Below are positions 45,430 to 55,906 of a stretch of DNA of 56,627 nt, piece after piece. Source of the stretch: an uncultured delta proteobacterium (lineage in GTDB: Bacteria > Desulfobacterota > Binatia > UBA9968). The notes under the pieces are model-generated. The model was not told the DNA's origin, ran no database searches, and saw only the letters and a program-made list of their open reading frames with translations. The number at the start of each line of letters is the position of its first letter. Positions within the stretch are counted from its first letter, which is position 1. Position numbers and translations under genes: made by a program. Where the stretch lies: contig CAWJBB010000048.1 of assembly GCA_963840855.1 (NCBI GenBank), forward strand, positions 1 through 56,627, in the 5' to 3' direction.

Positions 45430-46683
45430 CTAAGCGCTTTCTGCGGCCTTGCTGTATACGACGATCGGAGGCTCGTTTCGGTCAACCACATCATCGGAAA
45501 TGACGACCTCCTTGATGTTCGGTTGGGAAGGTATGTCGTACATAATATCGAGCATGATGTTCTCCATGATGGCCCTCAAACCGCGGGCCCCGGATTTTCT
45601 CTTCATGGCCTCCCGAGCAATGGACTTGAGTGCCTCTTCGGTAAACTTGAGATGGACATTTTCCATGTCGAATAATTTGGAATATTGCTTGGTGAGCGCG
45701 TTCTTCGGTTCTTTCAAGATGCGCACCAGAGCCGATTCATCCAGCTCGTCTAACGTGGCGAGCACTGGCAACCGGCCGATAAATTCTGGAATCAACCCAA
45801 ACTTCAATAAGTCCTCGGGCCGCACATCGTGCAAGAGATCGCTGGCGCGCCGGCCGTCTTTCTCCTCCAGCGAACCGCCAAAACCCATGCGCTTGCGGCC
45901 CACGCGCTTGCGAATAATATCTTCAATGCCGACGAAAGCTCCGCCGCAGATAAACAGGATATTAGTCGTGTCCACCTGGAGAAATTCCTGCTGGGGATGT
46001 TTTCTCCCGCCCTTCGGGGGCACGCTCGCCATGGTGCCTTCGACGATCTTGAGCAACGCCTGTTGCACGCCTTCACCGGAAACATCCCGGGTGATCGACG
46101 GGTTGTCCGACTTGCGCGAAATTTTGTCGATCTCATCTATATAGACGATTCCGCGCTGGGCTTTTTCAACGTCGTAATCGGCCGCCTGGAGCAAGTTGAG
46201 GATGATATTTTCGACATCTTCCCCCACATAGCCTGCTTCAGTGAGGCTTGTTGCGTCAGCGATAGTAAATGGCACCTGCAAAAAGCGCGCGAGCGTTTGG
46301 GCTAAGAGAGTCTTGCCCGAGCCGGTGGGCCCCAGGAGTAAAATATTGCTCTTTTGCAACTCGACGTCGCCCGTGACCATCTGGCTGTCGATGCGTTTGT
46401 AGTGATTATGGACAGCGACGGCGAGGATTTTTTTGGCCCGCTCCTGACCGATAACATACTGGTCCAGAACTCGTTTGATCTCCGCCGGCTTGGGAACATT
46501 GGAAGATGCGTTCAGGGTTTCTTCATGGTCGCATTCTTCGGCGATAATATCGTTACAAAGGTCGATGCACTCGTCGCAAATATAAACGGTGGGACCCGCA
46601 ATCAGCTTGCGAACTTCATCTTGACTCTTGCCGCAGAACGAACAAACCAGGTTCCCTGATCGATCATCTCCGTGTTTAGGCAT
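45430..46683 (-). CDS. clpX: ATP-dependent Clp protease ATP-binding subunit ClpX
   Basis: CSFCGK zinc finger, [25 protein letters not shown] loop. Confidence 0.99.
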   Translation of the reverse strand: MPKHGDDRSGNLVCSFCGKSQDEVRKLIAGPTVYICDECIDLCNDIIAEECDHEETLNASSNVPKPAEIKRVLDQYVIGQERAKKILAVAVHNHYKRIDSQMVTGDVELQKSNILLLGPTGSGKTLLAQTLARFLQVPFTIADATSLTEAGYVGEDVENIILNLLQAADYDVEKAQRGIVYIDEIDKISRKSDNPSITRDVSGEGVQQALLKIVEGTMASVPPKGGRKHPQQEFLQVDTTNILFICGGAFVGIEDIIRKRVGRKRMGFGGSLEEKDGRRASDLLHDVRPEDLLKFGLIPEFIGRLPVLATLDELDESALVRILKEPKNALTKQYSKLFDMENVHLKFTEEALKSIAREAMKRKSGARGLRAIMENIMLDIMYDIPSQPNIKEVVISDDVVDRNEPPIVVYSKAAESA

Positions 46684-46709
46684 AGACCCCCCGCATCACC
46701 GAGATTCAA

Positions 46710-47312
46710 TTACTTCTTCTGGGCGGTTTCGGGCCGATTGGTAATCACTTCGTCCACCAACCCGTACTCCTGCGCCTGTTTCCCGTTCAAAAAAAGGTCG
46801 CGATCGGTATCCTTTTCGATCTTTTTCAGACTCTGACCGGTATGCTTCATCAATATGCTGTTGAGTTCTTCGCGCATGCGCAAGATTTCCCGCGCCTGAA
46901 TGTCGATATCGGTCGCTTGCCCTTGGAATCCGCCTAATGGCTGATGAATCATTATGCGTGAGTGAGGCAGCGCGAAACGCTTGCCCTTGGCTCCGGCGGC
47001 GAGCAGTACGGCTCCCATACTCGCCGCTTGCCCGACGCACACCGTCGAGATTTCCGGCCGGATATATTGCATGGTGTCATAGATGGCGAGCCCCGCGGTG
47101 ACCCCCCCGCCCGGGCTATTTATGTAGAAAAAGATATCACGTTCAGGATCTTCGGATTCCAAAAAGAGCAGTTGAGCGGTCATGACGTTGGCGACATCAT
47201 CGGTAATCACTGATCCGAGGAAAACGATGCGGTCTCTAAGCAAACGGGAATAGATATCATACGCCCGCTCTCCTCGCCCGGTTTGTTCCACTACCATCGG
47301 AATAAAATTCAT
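46710..47312 (-). CDS. clpP: ATP-dependent Clp protease proteolytic subunit
   Basis: [28 protein letters not shown]. Confidence 0.99.
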   Translation of the reverse strand: MNFIPMVVEQTGRGERAYDIYSRLLRDRIVFLGSVITDDVANVMTAQLLFLESEDPERDIFFYINSPGGGVTAGLAIYDTMQYIRPEISTVCVGQAASMGAVLLAAGAKGKRFALPHSRIMIHQPLGGFQGQATDIDIQAREILRMREELNSILMKHTGQSLKKIEKDTDRDLFLNGKQAQEYGLVDEVITNRPETAQKK

Positions 47313-47345
47313 TATCGGGTAAGCTCCTCAACCAATGCTCCTAGT

Positions 47346-48662
47346 CTAGCTTTTTTTACCCTGGTCATCAACCTTTTCAACCGGCGCGTCCACCTCTTTG
47401 ACGTTCGCCCTCTCCAGAAGAAAATCAAGAGTTCGGTCAAATACGAGTTGCGAGCGCAATTCGTCCCGTGCCTCATGCCGTGAATAGTATTGGCGCAAGC
47501 TTTTCCCCCGGTCTCCCGCCGCGCGCGCAAGGTTTTCGATCCTTTCCTGCACTTCTGTATCCGGCACTTCGATTTTTTCGGTCTGGGCGATCTTTTCCAC
47601 CAGTAGCGTCGCCTGCACCTGGCGCATGGCGCGCGCTTCGAATGCTTTTCTGGCCTCCTCCATGGAGGGTGCATCCGGCGCGGCACCCTCGCCGGCTCTG
47701 TCTTGGTAGCGCTCCATCATGTATCGCGTCTGCCTTTCCACCATGGCGGGCGGCGGCGTGAGTGAATGGCCTTCAATGATACGGCTCAAGATGCGTTCCT
47801 TGAGGTCACCGTCCTGATATTTCTTAAACTCGTCCTGCAAGCGCCCGCGAACTCTGTTCTTCAGCTCATCCAAGGACCCGGATTCCCCATGTTCTTTGGC
47901 AAACTCATCGTCCAGCGGCGGCAAGACTTTCTGCTTGATCTCCTGCACCGTGATAGTGAAATCCGCCGTTTTCCCAGAAAGATCGCGATTGGGATAGTCA
48001 TCCGGGAAGCGCACCTGAACCGATTTCGCTTCCCCCCGCCGCGCTCCGACAGCCGCCTTGTCAAATTCAGGTAGCGTCTGTCCGCCACCCACTTCCATCT
48101 GGTAGTTGTCAGCTTTGCCGCCGGGAAATTCTTTGCCGTCAATCGTACCGGCATAATCTAAAGCGACGTAATCTCCTGCTTGAGCCACGTCGCGGTTTTC
48201 CACCGGCTCCAAGCGCGCGTGGCCCTCTTGAAGCCTTTTCAATGCTTGGTCGACCTGTTCGTCGGTGATGATAACCTTGACCTTTTCCACTTCGACGCCG
48301 AGGTAGTCCTTGAGCTCGATCTCGGGCTTGATCTCGAACACCGCGGAAAAAGAAAACTCCGCCCCATCGGCAAGATCTTCGGCCTCGATCTCCGGCTGGG
48401 ACACGATGTGCATGCCGCGCTCTTTAATGACTTCGCCCAACGTAACCTCGACGAGCTGAGAACGGACTTGGCCCTTGATCTCGTCGCCGTAAATCCCTTG
48501 GAGCACGCTGCGCGGCGCCTTTCCCGCGCGAAACCCTTTCACGCGCACGCGCCGGCTCAAGGTCTGGTACGCTTTGGTAAATTCGCTCGCGACCTTATCC
48601 CCGGGCAATGCCACGCGCACCTTGCGCTGCACCGGACTCAATTCATCAACATCAATTTTCAT
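47346..48662 (-). CDS. tig: Trigger factor (alternative GTG start at 48677)
   Basis: GFRAGKAP ribosome-binding motif, FKBP domain, tig-clpP-clpX-lon synteny. Confidence 0.96.
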   Translation of the reverse strand: MKIDVDELSPVQRKVRVALPGDKVASEFTKAYQTLSRRVRVKGFRAGKAPRSVLQGIYGDEIKGQVRSQLVEVTLGEVIKERGMHIVSQPEIEAEDLADGAEFSFSAVFEIKPEIELKDYLGVEVEKVKVIITDEQVDQALKRLQEGHARLEPVENRDVAQAGDYVALDYAGTIDGKEFPGGKADNYQMEVGGGQTLPEFDKAAVGARRGEAKSVQVRFPDDYPNRDLSGKTADFTITVQEIKQKVLPPLDDEFAKEHGESGSLDELKNRVRGRLQDEFKKYQDGDLKERILSRIIEGHSLTPPPAMVERQTRYMMERYQDRAGEGAAPDAPSMEEARKAFEARAMRQVQATLLVEKIAQTEKIEVPDTEVQERIENLARAAGDRGKSLRQYYSRHEARDELRSQLVFDRTLDFLLERANVKEVDAPVEKVDDQGKKS

Positions 48663-48793
48663 CGTCGCTGAATTCACTCTTCTTTAGTGGCTTGCTTAGC
48701 ATATCCCTCGGCTTTCCCGATTGCGATCCCTGGCGGCTCCAACCCATAGCCGCTTTCCTTTCCCGCCGAATCCGAATCCCGTTCGCAAAAACT

Positions 48794-48876
48794 TGGTGCG
48801 AGAGGGGGGATTCGAACCCCCACGGTTGCCCGCTAGATCCTAAGTCTAGTGCGTCTGCCAGTTCCGCCACTCTCGC
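48794..48876 (-). tRNA. tRNA-Leu (TAG)
   Basis: GCGAGAG..CTAGA-CT-TAG-GA-TCTAG, variable arm, CCA end; usual position upstream of tig. Confidence 0.95.
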
Positions 48877-48928
48877 GCGCGCCGGCACGCAAATCATCAT
48901 CGGGTAGCCAATCTTGCCGCACCGGTGC

Positions 48929-48957
48929 AGAGTAGGAAACGGCTCGAGCTAAGTCAA
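48929..48957 (-). promoter_or_regulatory. Putative sigma70 promoter for tRNA-Leu-tig
   Basis: Minus strand TTGACT, 17-nt spacer, TACTCT. Confidence 0.4.
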
Positions 48958-49192
48958 GAACCAAATGAACATCTTCACAGCGCGCGCGGGATTTGCTATG
49001 ACATGCGCAGACAAACTTCCTTGCAAAGACTTCTGGACGAGAACGTGACTGCCGATGATCAGGTGACGCGATGTGCCGGGAAAGTACTTTCCGCTCCGCT
49101 GATCCTCCTTTACGACCTAGCAAATGGCGACACGGGCGCTGGCGGCGCAGCTCGTCCATTCATTGAGTCACTGGGAAAATTAGGCTGGAAAA

Positions 49193-50428
49193 GTGGAAAC
49201 CTTCTTTAAAGTCGTGACGCCCACAGAGGCGCTCCAGATGTTACTCGGTGCGGCGCCGGTGGGCGCCGAAACGCTGAATACCATCGAGGCCCGAGGGCGC
49301 GTTCTCGCCGAGGATCTATATTCTCAAGTCGATCTCCCGCATTTTCATCGCGCGGCCATGGATGGTTACGCCGTAAAAGCGAAAGATACCTTCGGCGCCA
49401 GCGCTACGTTGCCCGCGTATATAAAGGTTGCCGGTACCGTGGAGATGGGGAAAGAGGCAGTGGAGGCAGTGCCCAACGGCGCGGCCATGCGTATTTCGAC
49501 CGGCGGCATGCTCCCGCCCGGCTGCGACTCCGTGGTCATGGTCGAATACACGGAAGACTTGGGCAACGGGATGGTTGAAATACAGCGCGCTGTCTCGCCG
49601 TGGCAAAACGTCATTCAGATCGGCGACGATATAAGGAAAGGCGATCTCGTATTCAGCCGCGGCCGCAGGCTCAGGGCACATGATCTCGGCGCCCTAACTG
49701 GCATCGGCGTCGCCTCGCTCAGGGTATTCAAGAAGCCGATCGTCGCGTTGATCTCCACCGGCGACGAAATCGTAGACGTTACGGCGGAACCAGCCCCCGG
49801 CCAGGTGCGCAACATCAACCAGCACTCCCTGGCGGGGCTGATCGAGGAATGGGGCGGTGCGCTTTGCGACTACGGTGTCGTGCGCGATGATCGCGCCGCG
49901 CTGGAAGCGATAATGCGGGATGCCCTTCAAGGCGCCGACCTCCTGCTTCTCTCCGGCGGCAGTTCCGTCGGCGCCCGCGATATCACGCTAGAGGCGATCT
50001 TGGCCATGCCCGAGGCGAAAATCCATTTCCATGGCATTTCCGTCAGCCCTGGCAAGCCCACCATCTTTGCTTCCGGCTGCGGCAAACCGATCGTCGGTTT
50101 GCCGGGTTATCCGGTGTCGGCATTAGTCATTTTCGATCTCTTCGCCGTGCCTTTGTTACGCAAGTTGAGCGGCGAAAATATTGCCAGGAGCGCCCAGCCC
50201 CGGAAAACGACCCGCGCCGTTTTAAAGACCAACGTGGATTCTCCATCGGGCCGAGAAGATTATGTCCGGGTCGGTCTCGAGGAAATAGATGGCTGCCTCT
50301 ACGCGACGCCCCTGCCGAGCAAATCGGGCGCGATATTCACCCTCGTCAAGGCCGACGGCATGGTGCGCATCGGCCTTAACCAAGAGGGCGTTGAAGAAGG
50401 CGAGGAGGTCGAGGTTATTTTGTTTTAG
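49193..50428 (+). CDS. moeA: Molybdopterin molybdotransferase MoeA
   Basis: AAMDGYAV, ISTGGMLPPGCDSVVMVE, ISTGDE, SGGSSVG, PGKPT, GLPGYPVS. Confidence 0.95.
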   Translation: METFFKVVTPTEALQMLLGAAPVGAETLNTIEARGRVLAEDLYSQVDLPHFHRAAMDGYAVKAKDTFGASATLPAYIKVAGTVEMGKEAVEAVPNGAAMRISTGGMLPPGCDSVVMVEYTEDLGNGMVEIQRAVSPWQNVIQIGDDIRKGDLVFSRGRRLRAHDLGALTGIGVASLRVFKKPIVALISTGDEIVDVTAEPAPGQVRNINQHSLAGLIEEWGGALCDYGVVRDDRAALEAIMRDALQGADLLLLSGGSSVGARDITLEAILAMPEAKIHFHGISVSPGKPTIFASGCGKPIVGLPGYPVSALVIFDLFAVPLLRKLSGENIARSAQPRKTTRAVLKTNVDSPSGREDYVRVGLEEIDGCLYATPLPSKSGAIFTLVKADGMVRIGLNQEGVEEGEEVEVILF

Positions 50429-50453
50429 CTTGAACCCGGGGCACGAGCATACA

Positions 50454-52382
50454 ATGGCAAGAAAACGATATCTGAAAAAGACTACCTTGCGCGAAGCGCG
50501 TGAACTTTTCATCAGCCGCTTTGACGCTTCTGCTCTGGAAACGGAAATCGTGAACATCGACCAGGCACTAAACCGAGTCACCGCAGGGGCGGTATTCGCT
50601 AAAATCTCATCGCCGCACTACCACGGCTCGGCCATGGACGGCATCTGTGTGCGCGCCCAAGACACCTTTGGGGCCACCGAGTTCAAGCCGAAAAGACTGA
50701 AGCTCATACCAGACGCCATTGAGGATGACCTGTTTGCCTTCGTCGACACCGGCAACGCTCTGCCTGCATGGGCCGATGCCGTGATCATGATCGAAAGGGT
50801 ACGGCGGCTGGACGATTCCACCGTGGAGATTTTTGAAGCCGCGGCGCCCTGGCAACACGTCCGGTTGGTCGGCGAAGACGTGGTCGCTACGGAACTGTTG
50901 CTCACCCGATGGCATCGCCTGCGCCCATACGACCTGGGCGCCCTGCTCGCCGCGGGTCATAGACAAGTTAAAGTTCTCGCCCGCCCGCGCGTTGCGATAA
51001 TTCCCACGGGCGACGAGCTTTTGGCTCCGGGCGATGAATACCAGCCGGGACGCATCATTGAATTCAATTCGACAGTCTTATCCGCGCTTATTTATGAAGC
51101 GGGAGGGGCCGCGCGAGTTTTGCCTAGTGTCGGCGACGATCCCGAAAAGCTCAAGGTCGCTTTACGCAGCGCATTGCCGGATCACCATATGGTCGCCATC
51201 ATCGCCGGCTCTTCCGCAGGCGAGCATGACTTCACCGCCCAGGTGATCGAAGAGGAGGGGGAGCTTTTGGTCCACGGTATCGATGTTATGCCGGGCAAAC
51301 CGGCAATCCTCGGTTTCGCGCAGGGCCGGCCGGTGGTGGGCGTGCCGGGTTATCCGGTCTCGGCCATAGTCGTGGCGCGGGAGATTATCGAAGCCGCTCT
51401 GGCCAAGTTTTTAGGGCAAGGATATGTCGCCCGGCCCAGGGTCAACGCCACCTTGCCGAAAAAGATCGCGTCGCATCTGGGCGTGGAAGAATTGGTCCGG
51501 GTGACGCTGGGACGGGTAGAAAACAAACTGGTCGCAGTGCCGCTCCGCCGCGGCGCGGGTGTGATAACCACCATGGTGCAGGCGGATGGTTTGATGCGTA
51601 TCCCAAGTCTCAGTGAAGGCATCAATGCCGGCGAAACGGTGGAGATCGAGCTGCTCAGACCCGCAGAAGAAATAGAGCGCGCGATCCTTTGTGCCGGCAG
51701 TCACGATCTTTCCATCGATATTCTTGGCAACGAGCTCAAGCGCCTGCATCCGGGTTTCAAGATCGCCGCCAGCAACGTCGGCAGCATGGGCGCGCTTTTG
51801 TCGATACGGCGGCGCGAAACGCATATTGGCGGCACTCACCTACTCGATCCTGAGACGGGCGATTACAATATTCCCGACATCAAGCGCTTGATTCCTGACA
51901 CGCCGGTCGTTCTGGTTCATTTGGTGCGGCGCCAGCAAGGTCTTCTCCTCAAGCCAGGCAACCCAAAAGGCATCGCCGCGCTCAACGACTTGGCGAGAAA
52001 CGATGTCACTTTTGTAAACCGCCAATCCGGCTCTGGTACCCGGGTGCTGCTCGATTATCAACTGCAAAAATCATGTCTGGATGCCCGCGCCATTCGCGGC
52101 TATGAGCGCGAAGAGTTTACTCATATGGCCGTCGCGGTGGCGGTTGCCAGCGGTTTGGCAGACGTAGGACTCGGCGTCCAATCCGCGGCTCACGCTCTCC
52201 AGCTCGATTTCATCGCCGTCGGCGAAGAGCAATACGATCTATTATTTCTGCGCTCGTTTTTCGAATCCGACGGCGGGGCAAATCTGCTGGACGTTATTGG
52301 CTCAGCGGGTTTCAGGCAAGCCGTGGAAGCCCTCGGCGGTTACGATGCCAGCCGTTCCGGGGAGATCATCTACCGGCAATGA
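50454..52382 (+). CDS. MoeA fused to a C-terminal periplasmic-binding-protein-like (PBP) domain
   Basis: SAMDGI, IPTGDE, PGKP, GVPGYPVS, then GSHD, VGSMGAL, FVNRQSGSGTR, THMAVA of the PBP-like domain; ATG at 50454. Confidence 0.92.
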   Translation: MARKRYLKKTTLREARELFISRFDASALETEIVNIDQALNRVTAGAVFAKISSPHYHGSAMDGICVRAQDTFGATEFKPKRLKLIPDAIEDDLFAFVDTGNALPAWADAVIMIERVRRLDDSTVEIFEAAAPWQHVRLVGEDVVATELLLTRWHRLRPYDLGALLAAGHRQVKVLARPRVAIIPTGDELLAPGDEYQPGRIIEFNSTVLSALIYEAGGAARVLPSVGDDPEKLKVALRSALPDHHMVAIIAGSSAGEHDFTAQVIEEEGELLVHGIDVMPGKPAILGFAQGRPVVGVPGYPVSAIVVAREIIEAALAKFLGQGYVARPRVNATLPKKIASHLGVEELVRVTLGRVENKLVAVPLRRGAGVITTMVQADGLMRIPSLSEGINAGETVEIELLRPAEEIERAILCAGSHDLSIDILGNELKRLHPGFKIAASNVGSMGALLSIRRRETHIGGTHLLDPETGDYNIPDIKRLIPDTPVVLVHLVRRQQGLLLKPGNPKGIAALNDLARNDVTFVNRQSGSGTRVLLDYQLQKSCLDARAIRGYEREEFTHMAVAVAVASGLADVGLGVQSAAHALQLDFIAVGEEQYDLLFLRSFFESDGGANLLDVIGSAGFRQAVEALGGYDASRSGEIIYRQ

Positions 52383-52400
52383 CCTGCGCTACATGAAAAC

Positions 52401-52490
52401 GTTCAAACCGTTCAAATCGTTCCAGTGGTCGGAATCGATTCGCATTTCTTTAACGGCTTGAACGATTTGAACGGCTTGAACTACTTGAAC
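52401..52490. repeat. Inverted tandem nonamer repeat between convergent genes
   Basis: gttcaaacc gttcaaatc gttccagtg ... ttaacggct tgaacgatt tgaacggct tgaactact tgaac. Confidence 0.85.
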
Positions 52491-52516
52491 CGCGTGCGCA
52501 CGGCAGTTCTTGCGGC

Positions 52517-52837
52517 TTACTCTTCTGCCGGCTGCCGTGCGCAAGCAGGGCAGGGGCACAGAGCACGCAAATAGTCATAGCTATAGATACCGGTGCTGTG
52601 GCCGTCATGCCAACGAAATTCGATGGCATAGTTTCCGACCGCTGCGATACCGGCTAATTTGGCATCCGGCACAGAGATAAACCGGCGCGTCGCCCCATGC
52701 CCCTGGCAAAGGGCGCATGGACAATAACCGCGCAGGTAATCCTCGGCATACTCTCCCACGTGACCGTCGTCCCAGGTGATCCGCACAATTGCGCTCGCCT
52801 TGACATGATTGATTTCAGTGGGATAGTGCGCTTCCAC
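52517..52837 (-). CDS. DUF971 / gamma-butyrobetaine hydroxylase-like N-terminal domain protein
   Basis: ITWDDGH, YLRGYCPCALCQGH, VGNYAI, DGHSTGIYSYDYL. Confidence 0.9.
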   Translation of the reverse strand: MEAHYPTEINHVKASAIVRITWDDGHVGEYAEDYLRGYCPCALCQGHGATRRFISVPDAKLAGIAAVGNYAIEFRWHDGHSTGIYSYDYLRALCPCPACARQPAEE

Positions 52838-52849
52838 AATTTTAAACTT

Positions 52850-53363
52850 CTAATCTTCGCCCAGCCCTGTCAAGCAACTGATCTGTGTGCGGTTGATCAG
52901 GTATGTCCGCGGCTCGCTCTCGCCGCCGTCGAGCAAGATGGCGTTGGTGACCGGGATAAACATTGTTCTGGCCAATAGCAGATCATGGATTAAAGCACCT
53001 GGGCTCAAATGGATATCTCCCTTCACCCAGAACGGCCCGACACCGAGTAAAGCCTGACTTTGATCTTTCCTGATATAAAGGTGCTCCAGCCCCGATCTGT
53101 CCGCCCTGAACTGCGGGCTCAAATCGGCGATCGCAAAGACCTGCTGCATGTAGATCAGAAATTGGTTCGCGTTGACGTCCATGGTCTTGCCGCGCAGATC
53201 CGTCAGTTGCGCGTCGCGCAGCGAAAAAACCTCCTCCCCTTCCCGGAGGATCAGGTAATTGCTCAGCCGGTCCTGATTGGTGACGAGGATACCACGCACG
53301 ATGGCTGATTGCAGATAAACCTCCAATGGCCATGGAATAGCTGCCGATGTTATCCGACGCCAA
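52850..53363 (-). CDS. Hypothetical protein with an internal two-repeat structure (possibly DUF6812-like); probable frameshift near 53330
   Basis: Main ORF 52850..53326; the strong GGAGGA RBS precedes a TTG at 53363 that is one base out of frame; two similar halves (VRGILV..RLSNYL..FSLRDA / VKGDIH..LIHDLL..FIPVTNA). Confidence 0.6.
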
Positions 53364-53411
53364 TGTTTCCTCCGCGTCTTCGCGAACCGGTGCTAGACTT
53401 CGCGCTGTTCG

Positions 53412-55282
53412 TCAATTATCGCACCGCCACGGGATCATGACAACTGCGATCACAGGTTTGGTCTCGAAATTTGCTTGGTGCATCAGGCAATAACATTCGG
53501 GGAGATAATCTTCTACGATCAGGCCGGTCAATTTCTGTGCCATTGGAAAGCTCTCCGCCAGCTTCAACTCAAGCGTGAAATGGAACGTCGCCCCTTTCCC
53601 CACCTCTGCCTCAGCCCAAACCTGGCCGCCATGCCGGTGAATTATCCGTTGGACCGTCGCCAGTCCAATTCCCGTCCCCTCGAACTCTTTCATGGCATGC
53701 AGTCTTTGGAAGGGGCCGAACAATCTGTCCATGTAGGCCATGTCAAAGCCAGCGCCGTTATCGCGCACGTAGTAAATCGGGGTGTCGCCATTTCGAATCA
53801 TGCCAAATTCGATTCTAGCCGCCGCGCGCTTGCCGGTAAACTTCCACGCGTTGCCAAGCAAATTCTCGAGTGCCACTCGTAACAATCGCTCATCCCCGGT
53901 GACCGTGAGATTCGCAGTGATGGCACAATCGACCTGCCGCTGCGGTTCTTTTTTTTAAGACCCGCGAGGACCGACTCTGCCATTATGCTCAGATTGACAG
54001 TCTGGTGAGCGAAGGTGCTCCTCGTTACCCGTGACAGATCGAGTAAGTCATCGATCAGTTGCGCCATGCGCTGACTTCCCGCGCGGACACGAACAAGATA
54101 ATCTTTGCCGTGATCGTCGAGTTGGTCCGAGCAGTCTTCCAGCAGCGCTTGGCTGAAGCCGTCAATCGCTCTCAGAGGAGATCTTAGATCGTGCGAAACG
54201 GAATAACTGAATGTCTCAAGCTCTTTGTTAGTGGCCTCAAGTTCGCTTGCTCGGCGCTGCAAGTCCCTGTTCAGCCCCTTGATCTCCTCCTCTGCCTGCG
54301 TGAGTCCTAGAACGGTGCGCAAGATCACGTAAGCGAGAATGCAGCTTATGAGCAAGATAATACCGTAGCGAAGAAGAAGCCCCTTTAGCGCGCTGTTTCG
54401 TTTTTCGAAGGCCGTATCTATCGGTTCCGAAGCGATCACACCCCAGCCAACGCCGGGCACCGGCGCGTAGGAGGCGATTCGTTCGTCGTCCTTAAGAGGA
54501 TCTATTGTCGTCTCGACACCACTCAAGCCTTGAAGCACCTTTTGAACGACGGGGACGCTGGAGTAATCGACAAGTTTCCCTTGCGACGGCGACTTTGCAT
54601 GGGTAGCGAGCCGGCCCTTCCTATCGACGAAGTATACATGGCCGGATGGACCGATTCCGACTGAATCGCTCCACTCGACCAATTCGTCGAGTTGCACTTG
54701 AAGAACTAGTATTCCGGTTACCTTTTCCGTTTGAGGGGCCTTCATGGGGAAAGCGAAGGCGACGACATTAAATCGGGGCTCGGCGGTTCTCTGATAGACG
54801 TCGGAGATATAGGGTTTCCAGGCGGCGCTCACGCCTTGGTACCAGTCTCTGAACGCAAAGTTTTTCCCTCTTACTTCAGGAAGCGCCGGCATGTCCGCCA
54901 TCAAGGTTCCGGCCGGATCCGCTAAAAAGATTCGATCAACGAATGGGAAATCCTCCAGGACGTCCTTTAAGATTTCAATTGCCTGAACCCAGTGTCCTTC
55001 ACTCACCAATTGGCGAAAGCGCACACGCGTGGCCAAGGATATTCCGAGATCAGTCAAGCGACCAAACCTTTGCTCCAATGCGATAGCGGCAAGGCGAGCT
55101 ATAGCTTCCCGGCGGGATAGCGTAAAATCGGTCAGGTCCCTATACGTTCCGATAAAGCCGACGGCAGCGATGAGCACCACGGGTGAAACTAGCAGCAAAA
55201 ACAGCGTAGTTTGAACCCGCTTATTTGCCTTCGCGGCTTTCCGCAACCAACTACCGAGCAACCCGGCAATGCTCTCAAACAT
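53412..55282 (-). CDS. Membrane sensor histidine kinase (TM-dCache-TM-HisKA-HATPase), split by a -1 frameshift at T8 53949-53956
   Basis: Cache motif [10 protein letters not shown]-box [16 protein letters not shown] in the upstream ORF; N/G1/F/G2 boxes [30 protein letters not shown] in the downstream ORF. Confidence 0.9.
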
Positions 55283-55334
55283 CGGGGAGATCCCGCTTAT
55301 CAGGCCAAGTCCGCTAGCGCGCGGCGGAAGTTGC

Positions 55335-55469
55335 TCATTTATGGCGTCCCGCGCATGGGAGGAGGCTCGTTGACCCTACGTCGTTGCCGATATTGTTCTT
55401 CTTGAGAGCGCGCAACGTGAGCAGTTCATCGTCGGGATTGCCTTCCACGAGCAAAATGATCTTGTCCAT
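55335..55469 (-). pseudogene. Truncated response-regulator receiver fragment (44 codons)
   Basis: Manual translation MDKIILLVEGNPDDELLTLRALKKNNIGNDV then unrelated sequence and a stop; matches the N-terminus of Rcp1-like receivers. Confidence 0.75.
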
Positions 55470-55755
55470 GAACCCCCTTTGCCACTCCAATTGAGAGTTC
55501 GCGTCAAACGATGAATTCTATGCCGTTGCGAGCCTTGCGCGTCGAGTTCCGTACCCTCTCCGCGCATCAGTATCATTCTACGGTGGGTAAATCCGCGCTG
55601 TGGGAATATAGCTGTCTTAGGGAAACGGACAGCTTCAAAAATAATCGAAAACCGCGAAGACGTCAAGACGTGGAAACGGCCCGGCGGTGGCCTTCGAACC
55701 GACAACCAACGAAACTAGACCACACCGCGCAAAGCGAACTTGCGCTGGAGAAATT

Positions 55756-55801
55756 TGGTGGGCCGCCGGAGACTCGAACTCCGGACCCGCTGATTAAGAG
55801 T
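55756..55801 (-). mobile_element. 3' half of tRNA-Lys (CTT): att-site direct repeat marking a genomic island boundary
   Basis: A-CT-CTT-AA-TCAGC-GGGTC-CGGAG-TTCGAGT-CTCCG-GCGGCCC-A-CCA; D-arm and 5' acceptor strand absent, similarity stops at the anticodon loop. Confidence 0.88.
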
Positions 55802-55906
55802 TTTTTACCTCGCATGACTACAGCAACACCTTACCAAAAAACCCAACGATTTTCGGACCCGCAGCCTTGGCGCTGCCGCGATGTTTGGGGCCTGCCCGTT
55901 CCAGCG

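Noticed and set aside
48925-49209. Small ORF or Moco/Wco riboswitch upstream of moeA
   Set aside because: The ORF has no recognisable motif or clear RBS and overlaps the putative tRNA-Leu promoter; I could not see riboswitch consensus features. An Rfam search would settle it.
50289-50453. N-terminal extension of the MoeA-PBP ORF
   Set aside because: It overlaps the first moeA; the ATG at 50454 (MARKRYL) fits the family start.
55756-55801. Functional tRNA-Lys gene
   Set aside because: The 5' acceptor strand, D-arm and most of the 5' anticodon stem are missing; treated as an att remnant.
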